Of a DNA stretch of 64,000 nt, positions 55,287-64,000 are shown piece after piece. This DNA is from an uncultured bacterium (GTDB lineage Bacteria; Babelota; Babeliae; Babelales; Vermiphilaceae): contig OY968764.1 in NCBI GenBank assembly GCA_963695335.1, forward strand, positions 1,243,895 to 1,307,894. The letters run 5' to 3'. The first letter of the stretch is position 1, and every line of letters starts with the position of its first letter. Under the pieces are notes generated by a model. It had not been told where the DNA came from. It searched no databases and worked only from the letters and a program-made list of their open reading frames with translations. A program made the position numbers and the translations under genes.

Positions 55287-55847
55287 TTACACATCAGGAC
55301 TATCATCATTCAAAAAGAACTGAATATTAGATGGTGCGCCAAGCTCCAAAGCTACTGCCAACGGTCTATCTTTATACATCAGCGCATCAGGATTAATCAT
55401 CATTGCTTCAATATCAGCTTTTTTGTCTAAAATAATATCTTTACCCACAATTTTATTATTCGGTAATTTTACGCCATCTCCTGGAGTGATAAAGTACCCC
55501 TTTTTGGTTGAAACAACTTGATATGCAATGTGCTGCATAGTTGGATTTTCTTGCACATATGGCCCTTGCCATTTTTCTGGATGTGCTAAATTCATCGGCC
55601 CTACTTCTGATCCGGTGAATTTTTCTACATTCAAAAAATTAATAGAATGTTTCTGATTATCAAAATCAATAATCACACAATTTTTATGAATACGGTGAAA
55701 TACATCTCGCAATTCTACTACTGCATCTGCCATCATCATCCCTGAATCATCTTTTGCACGATACACGGTATTTATCAATGTCATGCCAATAAAAAATGCA
55801 GTTGCTATAACAACTGCTGGTAATAAATACTTTTGAATTTTTTTCAT
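55287..55847 (-). CDS. membrane-anchored protein of unknown function
   Basis: MKKIQKYLLPAVVIATAFFIGMTLI anchor. Start at ATG 55847, because the ORF-track ATG at 55877 lies in a repeat (gcgctcat). Confidence 0.45.
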   Translation of the reverse strand: MKKIQKYLLPAVVIATAFFIGMTLINTVYRAKDDSGMMMADAVVELRDVFHRIHKNCVIIDFDNQKHSINFLNVEKFTGSEVGPMNLAHPEKWQGPYVQENPTMQHIAYQVVSTKKGYFITPGDGVKLPNNKIVGKDIILDKKADIEAMMINPDALMYKDRPLAVALELGAPSNIQFFLNDDSPDV

Positions 55848-55869
55848 TATATTCCTTTTGTTTTTATAA

Positions 55870-55934
55870 GCGCTCATCCTGAACTTGTTGAAGGATTAAG
55901 CGCTTTAATTCTTCGACAGGCTCAGAATGAGCGC
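55870..55934. repeat. palindromic element, family B (full palindrome)
   Basis: Reverse complement nearly identical to 1606-1670. Confidence 0.85.
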
Positions 55935-55940
55935 TAAGAT

Positions 55941-56954
<1,014 letters not shown>

Positions 56955-56964
56955 TTAAAATTGT

Positions 56965-57050
56965 GTTCGTATCCTTCGACAGGCTCAGGACGAACGGAAC
57001 TTAATATCTTTTAAACCCGTTCGCATTGAGCTTGTCGAAATGCGCGAACG
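56965..57050. repeat. palindromic element, family B' dimer
   Basis: gttcgtatccttcgacaggctcaggacgaacgg..cccgttcgcattgagcttgtcgaaatgcgcgaacg. Confidence 0.85.
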
Positions 57051-57149
57051 TCTTTTAAGCATACAGATGACACCAAAAAAAGACAAAACCTAAAAACAAC
57101 TTGCAAAATATACGTTCACTAAGATACAAACAATAAAAAGGAGTCTATT

Positions 57150-57899
57150 ATGTTTTACCATTTAATAACACGCGATATTATTGAAATAGTTTTTTATTCC
57201 TCATGCATATTCACCTTCTGCCAATGGCTCAGAATAGACAAAACAAAAAGTATAACCATCTATTTTTTTGCATATTGCGCACTTGCAATCAGTGCATGGG
57301 TAGCACAATTACCAACACTCTCACCATTCTTATTCACCTATGCTCCTGTTGCGCTTCTTCTTTTTATTGTACTCCATGAAAAAACATTACAGCGTAACTT
57401 AGTTGCACTATGCTCAATTACCCCAGCACGCATAGAACATGCTGATTGGCTTGATACACTCTTAAGCAGCAGCCTTGCAACGATTAATGCCAACAAAGCT
57501 ATTACCGTAATCATAGAACATAAAGCAGCACTTGATCACTTCCTTACCACTCCTTTCAGCATTAATGCTGACCTAACAAGAAATATTTTGGATATTTTTC
57601 TCTCTAGTTCATCCTATGATGAAGATAAAATGGTATGGGTAAGCACAAGTGGTAAAATACGTGGGATTAATGCAACGTGGAATAATATACAAGAGAAATG
57701 TGATGATCACATTATATTTAGCACTCATCCTACCAGCAGAACATTTTCTGTGATTATCAATGGCAAAGAAACAAAAAATCTTTCCGCGCATCACGTGCAT
57801 ACAATGATCAAAAAACAACTTTCTTCTCTTTCATCATCACAATCGCCTAAAGGAGCGTATCGTGAATATACAAAATCTGAAAAAACTCTTTCTCAGTAG
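57150..57899 (+). CDS. CdaA-like membrane protein with a degenerate diadenylate cyclase domain
   Basis: Collinear with B. subtilis CdaA as I recall it: three TM segments, IVLHEKTLQRNL vs IFQPELRRAL, and NKAITVIIEHKAALDHFLTTPFSINADLTRNILDIF vs RRIGALLTIERDTGMGDYIETGIPLNAKVSSELLINIF. HDGA is replaced by EDKM and GTRHRAA is absent. Confidence 0.55.
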   Translation: MFYHLITRDIIEIVFYSSCIFTFCQWLRIDKTKSITIYFFAYCALAISAWVAQLPTLSPFLFTYAPVALLLFIVLHEKTLQRNLVALCSITPARIEHADWLDTLLSSSLATINANKAITVIIEHKAALDHFLTTPFSINADLTRNILDIFLSSSSYDEDKMVWVSTSGKIRGINATWNNIQEKCDDHIIFSTHPTSRTFSVIINGKETKNLSAHHVHTMIKKQLSSLSSSQSPKGAYREYTKSEKTLSQ

Positions 57900-58254
57900 C
57901 GGACCACTCTTAATCATCAGCTTGGTTCTTGGATACAGCTTTTGGTACATTGCAAGTTATGATCAAACTATTATGCTCAATTTGAATGTACCACTCTGTT
58001 TTGCTGGAAAAATAAACAGTTATAATCTATATGCTCCTGAAAAAATAGACGTCTGCCTTAAAGGCAAACGCACTGATATCTATGCATTGGATAAAGAAGC
58101 TCTTGCTGCACACGTAAATATCAGTAAACTGTTACCAGGAAAACATGGTATATTATTAACAGAACAACATCTCTTTTTACCCAAAAATATAACTCTGGTG
58201 CAGTATAAACCTTCCAATCTTACCATAACCATTTCAGACAACAGTAACGCTTAG
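57862..58254 (+). CDS. YbbR-like (CdaR-like) single-domain protein
   Basis: N-terminal TM, then LNLNVPLCF..IDVCLKGKRTDIYALDKEALAAHVNISKLLPGKHGILL..PSNLTITI fits a YbbR repeat. GTG start overlaps the cdaA-like gene. Confidence 0.6.
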   Translation: MNIQNLKKLFLSSGPLLIISLVLGYSFWYIASYDQTIMLNLNVPLCFAGKINSYNLYAPEKIDVCLKGKRTDIYALDKEALAAHVNISKLLPGKHGILLTEQHLFLPKNITLVQYKPSNLTITISDNSNA

Positions 58255-58259
58255 GAAAC

Positions 58260-58898
58260 ATGATGTCTCAAAAACCAAATTTTTTTATTTCTTTTATTGA
58301 TTCAGTCAGTTCTCTGTTTTTAACAGGACTTTTTTGTATATTACCCATAACACTCACTATTGCGGTATTTACTATCTCATTCCGTGTAATTGTTAATTGG
58401 CTTGAACCGTTACGCCGTTTTAACATACCATTTTTAAATGCGATTCCTTATTCAGAAGTTATTTTAGCACTCGCGCTTATTTTTGCTGCAGGAATGCTCT
58501 ATAACATGTTTTTATTGCGCCCTATCATTCATGCAATAGAAAATCTGTTCTCACGCATTCCACTCATTCGTCCAGTCTATTCTGGTATTAAAAAATTGGT
58601 CGATGCTTTCAGTTTTCAAGATAAAGTATCATTCACCAAAGTTGTGCGTGTTGAATTCCCGCGCCCAGGTATTTATAGTATTGGATTTCTTGCCAACCAA
58701 GTGGATGAAAAAATTGCTCCTGACATGAATGCAAAATATTTTAGCATTTTCATTCCAACAACACCAAACCCAACAAGTGGTTTTTTAATTATTGCACCAG
58801 AAGAGCAAATAGCCATTCTTGAAATTTCTCGCCAAGAAGCTATGGCAATGGTAATATCTGGAGGTATTATTCAACCCGATACTGATAAAATAAAATAA
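58260..58898 (+). CDS. DUF502-family membrane protein
   Basis: LPITLTIAVF.., IPLIRPVYSGIKKLVDAF, IPTTPNPTSGFLIIAPEE and MVISGGI. Confidence 0.8.
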   Translation: MMSQKPNFFISFIDSVSSLFLTGLFCILPITLTIAVFTISFRVIVNWLEPLRRFNIPFLNAIPYSEVILALALIFAAGMLYNMFLLRPIIHAIENLFSRIPLIRPVYSGIKKLVDAFSFQDKVSFTKVVRVEFPRPGIYSIGFLANQVDEKIAPDMNAKYFSIFIPTTPNPTSGFLIIAPEEQIAILEISRQEAMAMVISGGIIQPDTDKIK

Positions 58899-58938
58899 GA
58901 TATGATAACTATTCATACAGCCTGATCAATATTATCCC

Positions 58939-59076
58939 GCGCTCGCCCTGAACTTGTTGAAGGGTATCTTTCGAGCGCTCGAAGATATCCTTTTTCCCCA
59001 GTTTTCGTTTCACTCCAAACCGGGGTCCCCGTCTGAAGGAACTGAAGATGGGGTTAAACAGGCTCAGGATGAGCGC
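58939..59076. repeat. composite: family B palindrome interrupted by a family C element
   Basis: gcgctcgccctgaacttgttgaagggtatctttcgagcgctcgaagatatcc + [ccccagttttcg..cggggtcccc..] + acaggctcaggatgagcgc. Confidence 0.8.
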
Positions 59077-59078
59077 AT

Positions 59079-59909
59079 ATGCGATATATAATTCTTCTCT
59101 TAAGTTTATATACAACACCGTTGTATGGTATGAAATCTTTAATTGAAAAAGAGCCACGCTATTGTTTTAAAAACTTAACGGTCTTCAGCTATGATGGCTG
59201 GGAAGGTAATGCTATTTTCATCGCAAAAAACGCCGCATTAGTTCATTCCAATACACCAATAATAAACAACACAACCAATGACGTTAAAAAACCAGTAAAA
59301 CATCCTGAGATAAAAAACCTCTTTTTTAGAGAGCCGCAACAGAATACCTATGATCTTGTTACTGTATATAATCCCTACATGCTCAATAAAAAAAACATAC
59401 TCATTCATCTCAAAGCAATTCATAATTATCTTGCACCATCGGGCAAATTCTGTTTTTTAATAAGAACAAAAGCAAACACTCTCTCTGTTCCTGAACAAGC
59501 ATTTGCAACTATCTTCCCCCACGAGTATTTATCTACTCAACGCGCAAAAGAAGAACAAATAAAAGCAAACTATTTTACTGATGATGAACTCAAGGAACTT
59601 ATCTGGTCAAATGGATATAATATCAATGTCTACGAAAATAAAACCTATGAAACCATTTTACCCGATATACACGATTATCAAGAAGCACTTGCAGCAACAT
59701 TTATTCACAATATACGCCATACCAATGTATCAAAAACAATAACACAACAGCTCACTGAGCAATTTATACAACTTGTTATGCAACAAAGTAAAAGAAATCG
59801 TCGCAACCAAATAATAGAATCTTGGAATTTTACAAAAATAATCTTATGCAAAACAGATAAACTCAGGCCTCCTGTATTTTTGAACAATTCACTATTATCA
59901 ACGCACTAA
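59079..59909 (+). CDS. leader-bearing methyltransferase-like protein (motif I degenerate)
   Basis: Leader ..LYTTPLYGMK. YDLVTVYNPYML..YLAPSGKFCFLIRT parallels the two downstream paralogs. Confidence 0.5.
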   Translation: MRYIILLLSLYTTPLYGMKSLIEKEPRYCFKNLTVFSYDGWEGNAIFIAKNAALVHSNTPIINNTTNDVKKPVKHPEIKNLFFREPQQNTYDLVTVYNPYMLNKKNILIHLKAIHNYLAPSGKFCFLIRTKANTLSVPEQAFATIFPHEYLSTQRAKEEQIKANYFTDDELKELIWSNGYNINVYENKTYETILPDIHDYQEALAATFIHNIRHTNVSKTITQQLTEQFIQLVMQQSKRNRRNQIIESWNFTKIILCKTDKLRPPVFLNNSLLSTH

Positions 59910-59994
59910 ACTTAACAAGATTTCTCGACAATACACTGTAGCAATGGTAACATTTGGTGAAATTATTCAATCATATACAAAATAAAGGTTTCCC

Positions 59995-60867
59995 ATGAAA
60001 AAATATGTTTTACTTGCAGCATTCATAATCAGCGCACTTAATGGAATGGATAATCAACAACCTAAGAACTCATCTATTGTTTCACAACTTTTAGAACATT
60101 ATAATATTCCCATTCAAAATCGTGCCATTTTTCATATTGGATGTACCACAGGAAAAAGATCTGTCGAACTTGCACAAAAAGCATCTCGCGTTCATGTATT
60201 CGATCAAAATAAAAATTTTATTGATACTGCGCAAAACACATACCAAGATATCAAAAACATTACGTTTGAACAATGTAATCCCATGAATTTTAATTTTCCA
60301 AGACAATGCGATGTGGCAATCATTGATTACACCACAATAAACGATTATGCGGAGATTAATGAACACAAACAAGAACTATTCCAATGTATGCATCAACATT
60401 TATTACAAAATGGTGAAATATTGCTTTCTATTACAACAACTGAAAACACACCACATCCAAATATTGATGCTGCCAAAGAAATGGCTTCAGTTCTACAAGC
60501 ATACATACCTGGTACAACAGAAGAAGAAATTATCAATCTTATGACACCATCGTACCCTTCTTTGCAAGACCTACTCACTGCACTCGAAGAAACTGGCTTT
60601 GAGATTATTACTCATAAAGAACAAATTATTACTAAAGAAATGAACGAAAAAAAATTCTTGAACAGCTGTGAATATATCATTACCCAAAACCCAATATCTG
60701 AAAAAATACAAGATCCTAATCTTAGAAATGACCTCACTCATCACTTTATACATTCTTATCTAAAACATTTAACCCAGTTTGTACATATACACAATTTGCA
60801 AAAAAGGCATGCAAATACTTACTTAGAACCACTAATTACTACGATCATTCATGCGCGTAAAAAATAA
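59995..60867 (+). CDS. leader-bearing class I SAM-dependent methyltransferase
   Basis: Leader ..FIISALNGMD. IFHIGCTTGKRSVELAQKASRVHVFDQN, CDVAIIDY and LLQNGEILLSI. Confidence 0.7.
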   Translation: MKKYVLLAAFIISALNGMDNQQPKNSSIVSQLLEHYNIPIQNRAIFHIGCTTGKRSVELAQKASRVHVFDQNKNFIDTAQNTYQDIKNITFEQCNPMNFNFPRQCDVAIIDYTTINDYAEINEHKQELFQCMHQHLLQNGEILLSITTTENTPHPNIDAAKEMASVLQAYIPGTTEEEIINLMTPSYPSLQDLLTALEETGFEIITHKEQIITKEMNEKKFLNSCEYIITQNPISEKIQDPNLRNDLTHHFIHSYLKHLTQFVHIHNLQKRHANTYLEPLITTIIHARKK

Positions 60868-60879
60868 AAAAGGAATTAC

Positions 60880-61812
60880 GTGAAAAAGTATCTTATTGCT
60901 CTGTGCTTCATCAACAGCCTCAACTGCATGGAAAAGGAATCTTCTCTTAAAAAAACTGAAATATCCAAAAAAATAAGCAAACGTAAAGATTATGATGCGT
61001 ACGCTTATGACAACATCAAAATGAATATTGAAGTAGAAAATACTGTTTTACAATGGTTTCAAGATTGCAACATTGATACCACTGAAAAAACGATTCTGAA
61101 CATGGATTGCAACACAGGTAATATTAATGCAAGACTTGCAGAAACAGCAAAATATGTTCATGGAATTTCCGAAAGTAAAAATTTTATTAATTTTGTACTC
61201 AACAAACACACAAATGCTATACAGGATGGAAAACTCTCTTTTGAATATGTCAAAACAAAAAATTTTGAATCAAACCCTCAGCAATATGACATAGCAATCA
61301 CATGTTCTATGAATAACTGGAAAACTCATAGTGAAAATATCTTACGTAAAGTTAACAAAGGCCTCAAACCAAATGGAGATTTTTTCGCAGTTCTTTTAAC
61401 AAGTGATAATCCTGAAATTTACAGCTATGTTGCTGCTCAAAAATTTATAAAAAAACATATTTCTTCTTATCTTAATTTAGCCAAATTAACAGGCTGGTCG
61501 CCTTTATCTAAAGAAGCCCTCATAAGTCTCTTTACAACAACAGGCTTTGAAATTATTACCCTCGAAAATCAATCTTGTAAAAGAACAATGACCAAAGATG
61601 ATATACGTGAAAGCGCTAAATATGTGGGTAAAAGCACCCCATTGGCAAAATACATACCAGATAAAAAACTTGAATCAGGCTTAAATAAGTATGCTGATCT
61701 GTGTATAGAAGAATTACAATGTGTTGATAAAGATAAAGATGAATATACATTTGAGGTATTACTCACTGTTGTTCATGCACGCAAAACTCAAGAAATTGAT
61801 AATAAAAAATAA
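60880..61812 (+). CDS. leader-bearing class I methyltransferase-like protein (paralog)
   Basis: GTG start, leader ..FINSLNCME. ILNMDCNTGNINARLAETAKYVHGISES, YDIAITCS and LKPNGDFFAVLLT. Confidence 0.65.
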   Translation: MKKYLIALCFINSLNCMEKESSLKKTEISKKISKRKDYDAYAYDNIKMNIEVENTVLQWFQDCNIDTTEKTILNMDCNTGNINARLAETAKYVHGISESKNFINFVLNKHTNAIQDGKLSFEYVKTKNFESNPQQYDIAITCSMNNWKTHSENILRKVNKGLKPNGDFFAVLLTSDNPEIYSYVAAQKFIKKHISSYLNLAKLTGWSPLSKEALISLFTTTGFEIITLENQSCKRTMTKDDIRESAKYVGKSTPLAKYIPDKKLESGLNKYADLCIEELQCVDKDKDEYTFEVLLTVVHARKTQEIDNKK

Positions 61813-61821
61813 TAAAATCTC

Positions 61822-62253
61822 ATGAAAAACGATTTATTCATTAAAAACGGCATCACCATTCCAGAACATGAATTAGAAATAACCACCAGCAGATCAGGCG
61901 GCGCTGGTGGTCAACATGTCAATAAAACAGAAACACGCATAACTGTGCGGTGGAATATCAAAAACTCAACTACTCTTACTGAAGAACAGAAAAACTATCT
62001 TTTAGAAAAGCTGCATTCACAACTCACCAGCGAAGGCGATATTGTGGTGCACAACAGCGAATCCCGCAGTCAACAACAAAACAAAAAAAATGCTCTTAAT
62101 AATCTTGCTGCCATCATACGCAATGCTTTACACAAGCCTAAAAAGCGTATCGCAACAAAAATATCAAAAGCATTAAAAGAAGCACGGTTAAAAACCAAAG
62201 CGCATCGGGGGAAGATTAAAGAGATGCGCAGTAAAAAAATTAGTTTTGATTAA
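61822..62253 (+). CDS. arfB: alternative ribosome-rescue factor ArfB (peptidyl-tRNA hydrolase, GGQ)
   Basis: SRSGGAGGQHVNKTETRITVRW and a basic C-terminal tail KKRIATKISKALKEARLKTKAHRGKIK. Confidence 0.9.
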   Translation: MKNDLFIKNGITIPEHELEITTSRSGGAGGQHVNKTETRITVRWNIKNSTTLTEEQKNYLLEKLHSQLTSEGDIVVHNSESRSQQQNKKNALNNLAAIIRNALHKPKKRIATKISKALKEARLKTKAHRGKIKEMRSKKISFD

Positions 62254-62263
62254 TACATTACTT

Positions 62264-63991
62264 TTATTTATTGCGCTCTGTATTTATAAATGCTTCTACC
62301 GCCTCCATAAATGTATCAAAAACTGACATTATCTTAGAAGAGGCATGCCTTTTTACAATATCTTCCGCATAGTCTTTATCAAATCCAGCTGTTAAACACA
62401 CATTAGTAAACTCATTTTCCTCATGTGATGCATAACGTAATATGTACATTTCTACAGCGATAAATAACCCAACTTTTTTTGCTAAATCAGGGTGTAATCT
62501 TTTAAATCCTTCATAATCTTTTTTTACACGATCAAATTCATCCATTAATTCCTTAAGGGTATACCTATACATATACTCTCCCTTTCGGATCTTTCCTACT
62601 CTTTCATTAAGAGCAAACATCATATCAATTACCCTCTTGGCAATCACTTTAATAACAAGTTGTGACGGGATTTTTAAATAATCAAAATAATTTGCTAGGT
62701 CAATCATTGCATCAAATCCCCAATCCAATGACTTTTGTTTCATACCCCATTCAACATCCCATGTAGATTTTTCTTGAGCGTTCAAATGTTCAATTTTATT
62801 AATTTCAGAGATTACATAATGGATTCTTTCTATGACATGAAAAGGAAATCTCATGGAAATAGCAATCTGTCCATTCTCTTTGCCCAAATCTTCCACAAAG
62901 TTTTTAAGAACTTCACTTTGTTGTAGTATATCCCATGAAAAAACTACTCCATCAGCTATTCCTTCTTGATATATAAAAAACTCACCTGGTTTTAAAGTTT
63001 TTTCTATCGCAACCACTTTTGCAGCTGCTTCTTCTCTTGTCAGCTTTCTTGCAAAAAATCTCATTTTTCCTTGAGCTACTAGTTCTTGTTCTTGAGCTCG
63101 TTGCTTCTCTATAAAATCTTCCAAGGCGCCTATAAAATACTCTTCAAACCAAGCTGCTAAAGGAGATTTTTTTAATATCTCATCTGCATGTGCTATATAC
63201 TCATCACTTAAATCTATTTCTTTAAATAAATCAGAAGTAGTTTTCAAAAAAACACGATAAGAATATGGTTTTATACATGGAACAAGCTTATAAGCCTTTT
63301 TACTATACAGCTCTTTTTTTACCAGCTCAGCCACATCACTATTCAATAATTTTAATTGTGCAAAAAAGTTTTGTACCTCTTTACATACCATCTCTAATTC
63401 ATTAAAAGTTATTTTACGGCTAAAATTATCATGTATTACAAGAAAAACGGTATCAACCGTTTTCATTATCCTTGCCGCAATACATACAACAAGCATAGAA
63501 ATATCAAGATCTAAAAAGTTATACAAATCAGCAACCCCAACAAGCATTGGAAAGTCTAAAGAAGCAATATCAAATTCTTGTTTTTTACGCCAATCACGTA
63601 TGTATTGCTGCTTTGCCTCTTCACTTTCTTTTGTCTTTAAGACATCTAAAAGATCAAATTCGTCTTGTAATATGGAAAAAACTTTTTTGATTACATCATA
63701 ATGAGCATACAAAGGAATAGCACCACTACCCATATCGCCTAAATCCTCAAGCATACTCTTTGTAGAAGGAGCCATTTGCAACAGTTCATGAGGCACAACA
63801 ATCCCATTGTCTGTTCCTGCTTGGTATACAAAAAACTCTCCTGACTTTAAATTTTTTTCTATATCGACAATCTTTTTTGCCGCTTCCATTTCTGCAGTTT
63901 TTGCCGCAGTTGTGGCTCTTTCTCTTTCTATGAGCTTTTTAGTCGATGCTTGGCTCTTTGGCGTCATCTTCATAGAAAAAACATTACCCAT
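62264..63991 (-). CDS. tandem Skp1-like (BTB/POZ-fold) domain protein with an MGNVFS N-terminus
   Basis: Internal duplication. Each half has ..STKSMLEDLG../..VLKNFVEDLG.. and ..ADLYNFLDLDISMLVVCIAARIMK../..LANYFDYLKIPSQLVIKVIAKRVIDMM.., matching SKP1 [10 protein letters not shown] and [23 protein letters not shown]. Confidence 0.6.
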   Translation of the reverse strand: MGNVFSMKMTPKSQASTKKLIERERATTAAKTAEMEAAKKIVDIEKNLKSGEFFVYQAGTDNGIVVPHELLQMAPSTKSMLEDLGDMGSGAIPLYAHYDVIKKVFSILQDEFDLLDVLKTKESEEAKQQYIRDWRKKQEFDIASLDFPMLVGVADLYNFLDLDISMLVVCIAARIMKTVDTVFLVIHDNFSRKITFNELEMVCKEVQNFFAQLKLLNSDVAELVKKELYSKKAYKLVPCIKPYSYRVFLKTTSDLFKEIDLSDEYIAHADEILKKSPLAAWFEEYFIGALEDFIEKQRAQEQELVAQGKMRFFARKLTREEAAAKVVAIEKTLKPGEFFIYQEGIADGVVFSWDILQQSEVLKNFVEDLGKENGQIAISMRFPFHVIERIHYVISEINKIEHLNAQEKSTWDVEWGMKQKSLDWGFDAMIDLANYFDYLKIPSQLVIKVIAKRVIDMMFALNERVGKIRKGEYMYRYTLKELMDEFDRVKKDYEGFKRLHPDLAKKVGLFIAVEMYILRYASHEENEFTNVCLTAGFDKDYAEDIVKRHASSKIMSVFDTFMEAVEAFINTERNK

Positions 63992-64000
63992 AAAAATTAT

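Overview
The window is 64 kb of an AT-rich bacterial chromosome. By gene content it probably comes from an intracellular or amoeba-associated bacterium such as Dependentiae/TM6; this is an inference I cannot verify.

Housekeeping blocks:
- ffh-rpsP-KH-trmD(fusion)-rplS, with no rimM
- hflX, pcrA/uvrD, ppa, an MFS transporter and an ABC-2 exporter
- trpS, a cdaA-like/ybbR-like pair, a DUF502 gene and arfB

These alternate with large accessory tracts of paralogous, eukaryote-like genes:
- F-box-like, ankyrin and WD40 proteins
- a UBC/UEV-fold protein
- a tandem Skp1-like protein that starts with a myristoylation-type MGNVFS
- a PAF-acetylhydrolase-like lipase
- an F-box-like protein ending in a polybasic CaaX-like tail

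Other notable content:
- an orphan cyclodipeptide synthase
- a lipoprotein-toxin/immunity-like gene pair
- three tandem TPR + GT9-like genes and three tandem leader-bearing methyltransferase-like genes
- two IS elements (IS982 family and IS5 family) whose insertions into paralog-family genes can be reconstructed base by base
- two homopolymer-associated frameshifts
- a cloverleaf-compatible tRNA-like element with CUA in the anticodon position
- a 190-220 bp structured repeat present twice
- about 20 copies or half-copies of short palindromic elements (three related families) that nest, bracket single genes, enter 5' coding ends and create false start codons

Nearly all accessory proteins share a leader that ends in small residue-Met-Glu/Asp. 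All homology calls were made by eye from motifs; no searches were run.
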